IMG/VR virus record: IMGVR_UViG_3300008954_000005
Coordinates: 64,001 to 128,000 of that record
Origin: a virus
DNA length: 64,000 nt
Strand: one strand, 5' to 3'
Below, piece by piece: positions 1-8,762 of this stretch. Under the pieces are notes generated by a model that worked only from the letters and a program-made list of their open reading frames with translations, was not told the origin of the DNA and made no database searches. The translations under genes were made by a program, and so were the position numbers. Position 1 is the first letter of the stretch; each line of letters starts with the position of its first letter.

Positions 1-601
1 CTGCTTCTTTATCGAGCGAAGCCATCTTTGGTTGCATTTGGGCGGGCATTCCTTGAGGAGCGGCCTGGGCAGGTGCCGGGGGTTGTCCACCCTCACTGGG
101 CTGGAATAACTTGTCGGCGGGGGCACGGGCCTGAGCCTGTTCAGCTTGAGCTTGTGCCTGAGCAGCCTGCTGCTGTTGTTGCATCATCGCTGCAAGGGCT
201 TGGGCCTTCTCCTCTTTACGGACACCTTTCGTGCTCTGGACTTCTGCACGGAGAGACTTCAACTGCTTAGCAGCTTGGAGAGCCTTCTTACGAAGTCTAG
301 AACCAGCCGCTGAATTACCCGCATCAAACTTGACGGCATCGGGAGCGGAGTCAGCTAAGATCTCCATCAGGGTCTTCAGCTTCTCTTCGGCACCTTCAGG
401 ATCACCACCGGGCATATCTTCTGGTGCTTTGGGAACCATTCCCGGAGGAGGCCCTCCTTCTGGTGAAGGGGCAGCGGCTTCTGGTGGAGGTCCTGCCTGA
501 GCCGCCGCTTCGGGGGGAGGCCCCTGTGGGGGCATTCCTTGTGGGGGCATTGGTGGCTGAGCAAGCTTCTCAAGTAATCTTATTTTGGTTGTGATGTCCA
601 T
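1..601 (-). CDS. P/Q/A-rich protein with central histone H1-like (Hc1-type) domain; truncated at window edge; absent from ORF track
   Basis: Manual translation from ATG at 601: MDITTKIRLLEKLAQPPMPPQGMPPQGPPPEAAA...ILADSAPDAVKFDAGNSAAGSRLRKKALQAAKQLKSLRAEVQ...QQQQQAAQAQAQ...; open to position 1. The KFDAGNSAAGSRLRK segment resembles the Hc1-family KFxxGNxAAGxRxRK motif. Confidence 0.8.
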   Translation of the reverse strand, partial: MDITTKIRLLEKLAQPPMPPQGMPPQGPPPEAAAQAGPPPEAAAPSPEGGPPPGMVPKAPEDMPGGDPEGAEEKLKTLMEILADSAPDAVKFDAGNSAAGSRLRKKALQAAKQLKSLRAEVQSTKGVRKEEKAQALAAMMQQQQQAAQAQAQAEQAQARAPADKLFQPSEGGQPPAPAQAAPQGMPAQMQPKMASLDKEA

Positions 602-602
602 T

Positions 603-1322
603 TTAACCCCATGCCTGTTGCTGAAGAGCAGGCCTTGCTGATTGTTGTTGTTTTGGTGCCCACTCCCGCTGGAACTCTTCTGTGGGTCCTTTTGGACCCC
701 TGGGTACAAAGCCGCTAGCTACGCTACCAGCAGTCTGTCGAGCTTCTGGCTTCAAGAGCATGTATGCAGCAAGTGCCGCAAGGCCCATTTTGCCTGGGTT
801 TTTCATGCCCCAACCAACAACACCCTTCGGCCTAAACTTGGTTTTGTAGTAGACGGTTTTCCCGCCCACACTTCCTTTGGTTATTTGGCCCTTCGCTCTA
901 CCAGACAAAATCTCGTCAGCGACCTCTTTGGATACAGGTGTAATATTGCCAGCCGCTATGTCTTTAGCCGCATTACCCGTTGCTAAAGAGTGGAGACGTT
1001 TACCTGCATGGACGCCTTCCGTGGAGCGCTTTCCTAAAAGGATCTCTTTGGCTTTATCGGCCCCTCTCCTAAAAGGAGTAGCAGCTAGCTCAGAGGGGCC
1101 TGACCACAGACCTTGGTTAACCCCTTGGGTGACCGACCGAAGAGAGTGTCCTCCGATACTCCTATCGAGGATGTTTCTATTAACCCACCCCCCAGCCTGT
1201 TCACCGGGGCCAGCAACCTTTCGAAGTTCCATAGCAAGCTTGTGCTTGTTTTGCTGCTTCTCATGGGGACGTACGTTAAGTGTCGAACGCTTTGCCACGG
1301 GTAGTGTGTGCACTAAACTCAT
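603..1322 (-). CDS. basic hypothetical protein, putative head-internal protein
   Basis: 239-aa ORF coupled to its neighbours; K/R/G-rich; KLA/KVA motifs; short hydrophobic helix near the C-terminus. Confidence 0.65.
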   Translation of the reverse strand: MSLVHTLPVAKRSTLNVRPHEKQQNKHKLAMELRKVAGPGEQAGGWVNRNILDRSIGGHSLRSVTQGVNQGLWSGPSELAATPFRRGADKAKEILLGKRSTEGVHAGKRLHSLATGNAAKDIAAGNITPVSKEVADEILSGRAKGQITKGSVGGKTVYYKTKFRPKGVVGWGMKNPGKMGLAALAAYMLLKPEARQTAGSVASGFVPRGPKGPTEEFQREWAPKQQQSARPALQQQAWG

Positions 1323-1978
1323 ACGAAACCTCTGTTTCTAGCAGAAGCGGGGATTACTGTGCCACGGAGACTAGCGTCCAACTGCCGCTGAGTCTCTTCA
1401 GCAGCGCCCCCTCTTGCGGGGCCAGGGCTGGAACCAAAACCACCACGTGCGGGAGGGGTGCTGCCACCGGGCACGACTAATCTTCTTCTTTTGTCGTTTG
1501 CCGCCCTTCTTCTAGGCCTGCCCGAACCCTGGGTTCCTATCTGATCAGGGGCTGCGGAATCAAAAAGGCTTTTCTTTAGATCCGCCGAGGCGCGAGAAGC
1601 TGGGCTTGGCATCGCGCCCATAGAAGGTGGGGCAGGTTGACCCTTCGGGTCTACAAGAGCTAGTCCTCTACTACCATGCGCGGCTGCTCCGGGTGCGTGG
1701 GTCGCAACTTGCCTAGCTGCTGGAGCCACATGGGAGAGGCCCCGCATCGCCACCGGAGCCAACGCTACACCAGCGCCCGCTATTTGTGCGCCCCGTTGTA
1801 AGACAGGCCGAGCTACTTGACGCGCAACACCCGGAACCGCTCTTAATGCGCCCCTACCACGGCCAGCAAGACGGAGGCCACCACTGACGAGCCCGCCAAT
1901 GGCGAGCTTCTCCAGATCAACCGGTGGTCCCGCATTACTCCCTAATGTTGCCCACGCTTTGGCTAAACGATCTTCCAT
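1319..1978 (-). CDS. basic A/G/R-rich hypothetical protein
   Basis: 219 aa; start overlaps upstream stop; LEKLA motif followed by an amphipathic GGLVSGG segment. Confidence 0.65.
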   Translation of the reverse strand: MEDRLAKAWATLGSNAGPPVDLEKLAIGGLVSGGLRLAGRGRGALRAVPGVARQVARPVLQRGAQIAGAGVALAPVAMRGLSHVAPAARQVATHAPGAAAHGSRGLALVDPKGQPAPPSMGAMPSPASRASADLKKSLFDSAAPDQIGTQGSGRPRRRAANDKRRRLVVPGGSTPPARGGFGSSPGPARGGAAEETQRQLDASLRGTVIPASARNRGFV

Positions 1979-3072
1979 TACCGTTTACCCCCAAACAGTG
2001 CACCCAAGCCCTTGCCACCGGGAGCGCCTCCAGATACTGGTCCCTGGGAAGGGGGTGGCCCTCCCGCAGGTGCAGCAGCAGCCTCAGGGGGAGGAGAGGA
2101 GGGCATTCCTGCAGGAGGACCACCGGAGGGCGGCGCGGCAGGTGCTGCACCGGTAGGTGGAGGGGCGGGTTGTGAACCCATACCGCCTGGATTGAACAAT
2201 CCACTGGCCATTGTGTGGCCTGGGTCTGGCCCACGAAGAATCCCAAGAAGTTCTGTCATCGAAGTCTGTACGCGATGCATAGACTGCTGAGCAGTCACAA
2301 GCTTTCCAGAAACACCCTCTAAATCCTGGGTCAGCCCAGTAATTGGGTTCCCTGGCATAACTGCCATTCCCTGGAAGGCCAACTTCTCTTTGCATCCGAA
2401 CTCTACAAGCCTATCCCCAAAGTCAATCTCAATAACATCGAGTAGGCCCTCAGAGGGGTTGGCGTCTTCAATGGCAGCACCAATTGTGCTGGTGGAGTAC
2501 CCTTCGGCCTGCGCCTCTTTGCATAGGTCTTTTAGGGCTGAAAGTTTTACCGCAAAGGTGTCTGCCAAAATGTCCACGTCAGACGCGTGGTTTTCACGAG
2601 CCACCCTTAGGTCAAGAAACTTTACCCCTAAACGGTGTCGTTCAGAATCAGAAATACCAGAAGCCTCTGCGGCCTTCTCGAAATCCTTTGCGCCAAAGGC
2701 TTCATCTAAGTCTACGTACTCCTGCCCAGGGATATAGTGTCCCCGTGGAAGCACTTTTCTTGAAGCAACCTTAGACATGGTTTCTCCCTTCTTCTGCATA
2801 ACAATTGACGCGTCAGCCATTGGGAAGGTGATATTCTTCTCATGCCCAGCCTTGAACAAGTGTCCAAACGTGTCGTTGTTTGCGTATTCAACAATCCGCC
2901 TAACCTGCTCTAGGTTTAAGCTGCTGGTTTTAACCATCTCAAGGATGCTGTCATTCAGAGGCTTTTGTTCCTGAATGTACGCATGCGCAGCGGTCGCCCC
3001 CATTTTTCGCAACTCATGGGGCGTAACCCCTGCGTCTTCTTTTGTGGACAAGTACTGTTCAAATTCGCTCAT
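1978..3072 (-). CDS. hypothetical head-associated protein with coiled coil and P/G/A-rich tail
   Basis: 364 aa; LNLEQVRRIVEYAN motif; KVAS/KAA/KLA motifs; directly downstream of terminase. Confidence 0.75.
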   Translation of the reverse strand: MSEFEQYLSTKEDAGVTPHELRKMGATAAHAYIQEQKPLNDSILEMVKTSSLNLEQVRRIVEYANNDTFGHLFKAGHEKNITFPMADASIVMQKKGETMSKVASRKVLPRGHYIPGQEYVDLDEAFGAKDFEKAAEASGISDSERHRLGVKFLDLRVARENHASDVDILADTFAVKLSALKDLCKEAQAEGYSTSTIGAAIEDANPSEGLLDVIEIDFGDRLVEFGCKEKLAFQGMAVMPGNPITGLTQDLEGVSGKLVTAQQSMHRVQTSMTELLGILRGPDPGHTMASGLFNPGGMGSQPAPPPTGAAPAAPPSGGPPAGMPSSPPPEAAAAPAGGPPPSQGPVSGGAPGGKGLGALFGGKR

Positions 3073-3074
3073 GA

Positions 3075-4718
3075 CTAACCTCTATCATGCTTATCATCCC
3101 CTGACGGGCTAATAATATCAGGTCTTGGGTGTTCTATCATAGACGCCAGAAAACAGTAGGTAATTGCGTGCAAAGTATCATCTGTTGTACCCGGTGTCCT
3201 ATTAATAATAGTCGTTCTTCGCGCCTCGTTGTACTCTGTAAATACAGATAAGAGGTCGCTTCCAAAGGGTGTTTCAAAATCTTCCCATTTAGGGAAGGCT
3301 AATTCGTCCTCACGATTAATTGCGTTAATAACCGCCATCAACGCCTCCGTCCTATTAACCATAAACCTATGGAGGCTTTTGTCGAAGTAGATTCTCTTAG
3401 CATTTACGTACTGATACCTCGCAACACGGGCAATCCCAAACTGCCTTATCAGCCGGTCATTACGGTCAAATCCACCCCCGTAGTCAACCCCAGCTATGCG
3501 AACTTCGAATCTATCCATCAGCTTGGCAATGTCGTTCATAAGGTTTTCTGGACTGCCGTCTTCACCCTCATACCGTCTACAGTAGATGATAGTAAAGATG
3601 CGGCCGATATAACACCCAGCAACAAGTACGGAATAAGTATTCTCTCCTGTACCCCAATCAATCCCTAGATAGACTTTTCGATTACGGCCCTTAACGAATT
3701 TAGTCGCGAACTCCAGTGTGTTTGGTCGTTCTTGATTACAGCACTTTATCAGAGATTCCTTGTTGATAGGTTTCTCACCAGAATCGTAACCAACGCCCAA
3801 AACCTCATTAAAAAACTGAGCGCGACTGTACCGTTTCCTTTTATCGAGAATATCGTCCCAACGCACCCAAGGAGCAATTAACTGTGGGATTCTGTACCCC
3901 TCAAAAGGCGTCGTAACCGGTGGGTGCTTCAGCCATTGGGGTGACCGCATGGACGCCCATTGAGCCCTTGGATGATCCGCATGTATGGCCCTCCCGCATT
4001 TTTTACAGATCAACCCCTGGGCACCAATGTTGTCTTCTCCCAGAACATTCCAAGTGTTACAGCCCTCACATGGAACAACCCACTCATTTTGGGTGCTGAA
4101 TTGGTTCCAATAGTAGCTGATGGTGTTGTCCAAGCTCTTCGGCGTACCGGAGTAGCGAAGAATCTTGAACGGGGAGTGCGACAACGCCTCCTCAATAATT
4201 GGGATGATGTCTGTAAGGATGTCCTGAATCTCATCCAACAAAAGCATGTCAGCAGAGATACCGCGCACGCGATCTGCGTGTAAAAAGGCATACCGCATAG
4301 TGATGTCTGAGCCTGTCACATACTTCTTGTACAGAACGTTGTTCTTGGTATTCGCTCCCTCTGCAAAAGTTTGTAGTGTGGGGGAGAGTTCTATAGGTGT
4401 CTGTATCCTATCCCTTGAGAATGTTTCAGTCTGCTGCTGAGTGGGGCTTACGAACAGCGACCTAAAGTGCCTTCTCAAAGTCGAGTATGTTAGCGTAATA
4501 TTCCCTAGGGTTGTGCTCTTCTCTACCTGTCGGCCACACTGAAGAAGCAGTCTCTGGGAAGGTGTGTCATAGATAGGGATCAGGTAACGCCTGCCTTTAA
4601 ACGAAAAATGCTCCAACTCTCCCAAGCTGGGCATATTGAAGAAAGATGATACAAACTCGCTAGGAAAGAGATTATTATCCCTCTCAAAAGCTGCTGATTG
4701 TTCATCGAGTAAAGACAT
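3075..4718 (-). CDS. terL: terminase large subunit (GpA-like)
   Basis: Walker A variant CGRQVEKST, Walker B LLLDEIQD, coupling motif SGTP, Zn ribbon CEGC...CKKC, nuclease motifs LGIDWG and DDTLH. ATG at 4718 preferred over TTG at 4724. Confidence 0.92.
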   Translation of the reverse strand: MSLLDEQSAAFERDNNLFPSEFVSSFFNMPSLGELEHFSFKGRRYLIPIYDTPSQRLLLQCGRQVEKSTTLGNITLTYSTLRRHFRSLFVSPTQQQTETFSRDRIQTPIELSPTLQTFAEGANTKNNVLYKKYVTGSDITMRYAFLHADRVRGISADMLLLDEIQDILTDIIPIIEEALSHSPFKILRYSGTPKSLDNTISYYWNQFSTQNEWVVPCEGCNTWNVLGEDNIGAQGLICKKCGRAIHADHPRAQWASMRSPQWLKHPPVTTPFEGYRIPQLIAPWVRWDDILDKRKRYSRAQFFNEVLGVGYDSGEKPINKESLIKCCNQERPNTLEFATKFVKGRNRKVYLGIDWGTGENTYSVLVAGCYIGRIFTIIYCRRYEGEDGSPENLMNDIAKLMDRFEVRIAGVDYGGGFDRNDRLIRQFGIARVARYQYVNAKRIYFDKSLHRFMVNRTEALMAVINAINREDELAFPKWEDFETPFGSDLLSVFTEYNEARRTTIINRTPGTTDDTLHAITYCFLASMIEHPRPDIISPSGDDKHDRG

Positions 4719-4950
4719 GATCAAAGATACCGTAACTAGTTTAGTGGGTTCCTTATCTAGGGCACTTGGAAACGACCTTGTTTCCTATAAAGAAGATGCC
4801 GAGAACACATACGTTCTTAAGCTGTGGCCCCCAATATCACAACATAATAAAAAGCTCTTAAAAGAGTTCATTGGTGAATACATACCGAGAGCCAGGGTCT
4901 CCATAAATACAAAAAGAGGGCTTGTGAAAATCACTCTGCGTCCTCGTTAA
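4717..4950 (+). CDS. small hypothetical protein (77 aa), antisense within the late region
   Basis: MIKDTVTSLVG...KITLRPR fills the gap between terminase and the next minus-strand gene; the terminase frame is closed upstream. Confidence 0.55.
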   Translation: MIKDTVTSLVGSLSRALGNDLVSYKEDAENTYVLKLWPPISQHNKKLLKEFIGEYIPRARVSINTKRGLVKITLRPR

Positions 4951-5203
4951 TATAGCTATCACACACAAAGTCTGCTCGCACGAACGTGCGGTACTCTGTA
5001 CACTCCCCATCCCCAGAATGGGCTCTGCCAGCCGAGTAGATGAACTGTTTACAGGTTACGCAGCGTTCATCAGCTTGCGCTAACCGCAGCCTGGGTGGCT
5101 GAGTGCTGGCTAGTTTGGCTTGGAGTTGGTCTAGAAGGCGATTTACCTCCAAATAATTTACTGAAGAACCCTTGTTTTGGGGCCTTTTGTTTCGGGTAAA
5201 CAT
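4931..5203 (-). CDS. small Cys4 protein, HiPIP-like signature (start uncertain)
   Basis: CVTCKQF-x10-GECTEYRTFVRADFVCDSY; preceded by KLAS; overlaps the 3' end of the SNF2 gene in another frame. Confidence 0.55.
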   Translation of the reverse strand: MFTRNKRPQNKGSSVNYLEVNRLLDQLQAKLASTQPPRLRLAQADERCVTCKQFIYSAGRAHSGDGECTEYRTFVRADFVCDSYINEDAE

Positions 5204-6857
5204 AACGCATCTTCCCTGTTGTGTTGTCTCTATACTTATAGATAAATTTAGTAGGCTTTTTAAAGGCTGTGTAGAAGTCCTTCTGCTGCTTGAACTTTCG
5301 CCCAGCAACTCCGTACATCCATTCGTCTGTGGTTTGGGGGGTCTTCTTACCCATCGCTCGACCAATAAATCCTGGTCTAGCTGCCTTGGGCACAGTACTT
5401 CTGTACCGTCGAACATCTACCGCCCGGTTCTCAACGGCACGGTGTTGCTGCCCACCGAGTCTACGGGCACGGGCTTCCGCCTGAAGAATCCGTTGCGGGT
5501 TGAAGTGCCCGTCCAACGCGTAAAACGCAGTAGAGTTCTTCAGGTCGAGGCCTTCCGCACCAGCACCGCTTAGGATGATTACTTTCTTCTTGCCTGCTTG
5601 GTAGTCCTTCACTCCCTGTTGTCTTGTCAGGGCAGTGACCTTGTTCTCACCAACGGTTGTTCCTTTGCCAACAAACACGGCATGATCGATACCGCGAGCT
5701 TTTAGGCCAGCAGATAGGACGTCCACACCACCACGTACCAAGTTGCTGTACAGGACAACCTTGTTGTCGGGCTTCTCTGTGAGATGCTGCGCCGTGTCAT
5801 CCAGTACCTTTTTAGCCTTTGGTGTCTGCTGAGCGGATTGCGCTGCAGTCACGTCTGATCTTCCGGTGTGCACAGAGTTAGCAACCTGTCGAGCCGCCGC
5901 GATCTGGGCGAAGATGAACTTCGCATCCTTGACGGTGATGTTCTTGTCTCTACGCATAAGCATCTCTTTAATCGCTGGATGCTTATCCAGAGCTAGCTGG
6001 TATAGATCGTACTGTGCGGGGGACATCTCCACGTCCACATTCCGCACATCCTTCCGGGGCATCGTTTTGCCCTTAAGATCACCCGTCTCAATGTAGTCTA
6101 TTCTCGGTTGTGTCCGGGCCTTTAGCTCCTCAACCCGCTGGTAGCCGCGAATCTTCTTCTTCCCACCACCAAAACCCTTTGCTGTCCCAACAGTCTTGGT
6201 GAACCTTCGTCTGAATTGCTGGGGCGTCATCTCTCGGTTGTTCTCGGAGATGGTCATCAACGAGGCAATTTCAGAAGGGCGGTTGTTGATCAAAGAGGCT
6301 GTCAGCCCCATGAAGTTGACCGCGTACCTTCGAGCCTCTACTGCCGCTTTAAACGTTGATGCGGATTCATTTCTAGTCTTGTGGAACTCATCTAAAATCA
6401 GAGTGTCAGCCCCGGTTCGCTCCATGAACCCTTTTGGGTCCTTCCGAAACTGGGCGTAGCTTATGATTGTGTAATCAGCGTTGCCCTCGCTACCTGGGCG
6501 TACGTAGCCGTCCTTCTTCCGAACTTCAGCAGGCGAGCCAACAATCTGAACGCTGCTAGTGGTGAACTTTCGAACACCGCCATCCGCAAAGTTGGCCCGT
6601 AAGCCAGAGGGAACAACTACTAGCGCCTTCTTTGCTTTCCCATCGTGACGTAGCTTCTCAAATCCGTAAATGCTTGTAGCGGTTTTCCCCGTGCCCATCT
6701 CGTGGGCGAGAATCATTTTTCCCTTATTTGCGTACAGACGCTCTATCGCTTTTGCTTGGTGCTCATACGGTTTAAACCACTCTTTAAGCGCGGGAATACC
6801 CGTACCGTGTTGCACTTCCTGAGCGACCTCGGCGGCGCATTTAAGGAAAAACCTCAC
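5070..6857 (-). CDS. SNF2/SWI2-family helicase/translocase
   Basis: PYEHQ, LAHEMGTGKT, VVVPSGL, ILDEFH, GLTAS, GAEGLDL, FNPQRILQAEARARRLG. Confidence 0.92.
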   Translation of the reverse strand: MRFFLKCAAEVAQEVQHGTGIPALKEWFKPYEHQAKAIERLYANKGKMILAHEMGTGKTATSIYGFEKLRHDGKAKKALVVVPSGLRANFADGGVRKFTTSSVQIVGSPAEVRKKDGYVRPGSEGNADYTIISYAQFRKDPKGFMERTGADTLILDEFHKTRNESASTFKAAVEARRYAVNFMGLTASLINNRPSEIASLMTISENNREMTPQQFRRRFTKTVGTAKGFGGGKKKIRGYQRVEELKARTQPRIDYIETGDLKGKTMPRKDVRNVDVEMSPAQYDLYQLALDKHPAIKEMLMRRDKNITVKDAKFIFAQIAAARQVANSVHTGRSDVTAAQSAQQTPKAKKVLDDTAQHLTEKPDNKVVLYSNLVRGGVDVLSAGLKARGIDHAVFVGKGTTVGENKVTALTRQQGVKDYQAGKKKVIILSGAGAEGLDLKNSTAFYALDGHFNPQRILQAEARARRLGGQQHRAVENRAVDVRRYRSTVPKAARPGFIGRAMGKKTPQTTDEWMYGVAGRKFKQQKDFYTAFKKPTKFIYKYRDNTTGKMRYVYPKQKAPKQGFFSKLFGGKSPSRPTPSQTSQHSATQAAVSAS

Positions 6858-7645
6858 TTCTTCTTACCACCGGACAAGGACTTGTTCGCTGCAGAAATCG
6901 CTTTGGATAGGACTAGCCCACCGAGCGCCCCTGCTGCTGCACCGCCTACACCACCCGCCATCATCTTCTTGCCGAAGATGCCTGGGTTGAACTTGTACGC
7001 CTTGCTGGTTGACTTCGCGGTAAGTTCCTTAATGATGGTATCGCCCGCACGGCTAAGCGCACCAGCCCCAGCCCCGCCCAAGGCAGCGGACATAAGAGCT
7101 TTATTCTTCTTACCCTTGCCTTTGCCGCCACCGCTTGTGAGGCCCTTCGCCATAATCAAAGCGGAAGGGATCTTATAGGAGAGCCTGCCCACCCCAAGAC
7201 CGAGGGCCTTCTTCAAAGAAGTGCCAGAAGCTTTAGCAGGGAGGCGACTAACTCGGCGTCGAATAGCTTTCGAGATTCCACCCTGCTCACCGATGCTCTC
7301 AAGCATCCCCTTCTGTACTGTGAAAGTGCTCGTAACCCCTACTAGGAGGGCCAGCCCCTTCTTGCGGTCGCTCTTCTTCTTAGACTTTAAGAGGCTAAGA
7401 CTCTTTAGGTATAGGGGAGCAGTGACAATTCCGCTCATTGCCCCAATCGCACGGCCAGAGCCCCTACCAGAAATCCCCTTCATGAAGCCCTTCCGTAGGG
7501 GTACCTTCTTGGGACCTAGTTTCAACTCGATTGCTTTCTCAATCCCACCTTTTGGAAGATCTCCCAAAACGGACTTAGCAAGAAAAAAGGGAGCGGCTTT
7601 GCCTAAGGTTGTCAGATACCCAGGGGCCTCTTGTCGTTTAGCCAT
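6854..7645 (-). CDS. highly basic G/A/K-rich protein with hydrophobic helices
   Basis: Start MAKRQEAPG at 7645 has SD AAGGAGGT; GGAAAGALGG glycine-zipper-like segments. Confidence 0.7.
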   Translation of the reverse strand: MAKRQEAPGYLTTLGKAAPFFLAKSVLGDLPKGGIEKAIELKLGPKKVPLRKGFMKGISGRGSGRAIGAMSGIVTAPLYLKSLSLLKSKKKSDRKKGLALLVGVTSTFTVQKGMLESIGEQGGISKAIRRRVSRLPAKASGTSLKKALGLGVGRLSYKIPSALIMAKGLTSGGGKGKGKKNKALMSAALGGAGAGALSRAGDTIIKELTAKSTSKAYKFNPGIFGKKMMAGGVGGAAAGALGGLVLSKAISAANKSLSGGKKK

Positions 7646-7958
7646 GTTTGGATACCTCCTTAGCAACCTTAGCGATAAGGCTTTCTGCAAGCACGTCAGA
7701 TATGCCAACAGTAATATTCTTCAATTCCCCGTACCAGCTATCTACTTCTGGCACGTACTCTGCAATCACAGACTTTTCCGGGAATTTAGACCATGCTTCT
7801 TTTATACAGGACTCAAGACAGTCAGGGAACTCGGGGTCAGCCCAAATATGAAACTTTACCCCGCTCTCGTAGATGTAGTACTCCACCCGAACACCTGGAA
7901 CCTTGGTCTTGGATTCCGTGAAAATCACGGGTTCAATTATAACGTTACTTGGGATCAT
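7638..7958 (-). CDS. hypothetical protein
   Basis: MIPSNVII start with SD GAAGGTGG; overlaps both neighbours. Confidence 0.65.
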   Translation of the reverse strand: MIPSNVIIEPVIFTESKTKVPGVRVEYYIYESGVKFHIWADPEFPDCLESCIKEAWSKFPEKSVIAEYVPEVDSWYGELKNITVGISDVLAESLIAKVAKEVSKHG

Positions 7959-8757
7959 CAGTACCACCTTCGGTAACGTCGCCAAGCTCTTCTACGCTGG
8001 AGATTTCCCGCTTACCTAGTTTAATTGCAATGTCTCTTAGCCCGTCAATTACTTGACTGACTGCGTCACCTGTCCGGTTCATCTCCTCTGTAGCTCTAAA
8101 AATGTTCTCTGCCCACAGCTTTGCTGTCATGGCCGTTTCTTTACCGTTGGGCATTTCAGAGGTCTCGAAAAAGCGCATCGATGACTCATGGAATAGGTCA
8201 CGAATAACGTCCTGCTGAGATAGTTCTAACTTGTAGCCAAGCTTCCATAAAGCAAAAGCCTCACCACGGTTGTAGCAAGACCTGAGCATGCGCCCATTAT
8301 CATGGCCCCTCAAGTACTCATACCACTGGCTAGTGGACAGGAGCGACCGATTCCAAAAGTAATGCGCGTACATGTTCAGTACGCGCTTTGAAACAACCTG
8401 ACCGGTAAGACTCTTTATATACTCAGGGATCTGGGCAATTGGTGTATCCGCAGTAAGAAGGGCTTCGAGGACAGGGCGAACTTTTGTATTTCCAAGTATG
8501 TCCCTAGCTTGCACTGCGTACTTGTCTTCTTTAGCCAAAGACATGATGCGCTGCCTACGGACCCACTTTCGTGTGTCCGAAAAGTCCATGCGAAATGGGC
8601 TCGGCTTTGTCCGCTCTAGCTGGTTCCGTATTTCCAACAAATAATCAGAATCCGGTTCCTGCATTTCATATAGAACAGCCGCTTCGCATACCTGCTCTAT
8701 GGACAAATCCGAGAACACCAGCATGTATCTAAGCCAATACTCGTTCGGATGCTTCAT
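7945..8757 (-). CDS. hypothetical helical protein
   Basis: 270-aa ORF within the operon; no recognised motif. Confidence 0.75.
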   Translation of the reverse strand: MKHPNEYWLRYMLVFSDLSIEQVCEAAVLYEMQEPDSDYLLEIRNQLERTKPSPFRMDFSDTRKWVRRQRIMSLAKEDKYAVQARDILGNTKVRPVLEALLTADTPIAQIPEYIKSLTGQVVSKRVLNMYAHYFWNRSLLSTSQWYEYLRGHDNGRMLRSCYNRGEAFALWKLGYKLELSQQDVIRDLFHESSMRFFETSEMPNGKETAMTAKLWAENIFRATEEMNRTGDAVSQVIDGLRDIAIKLGKREISSVEELGDVTEGGTDDPK

Positions 8758-8762
8758 AATAA

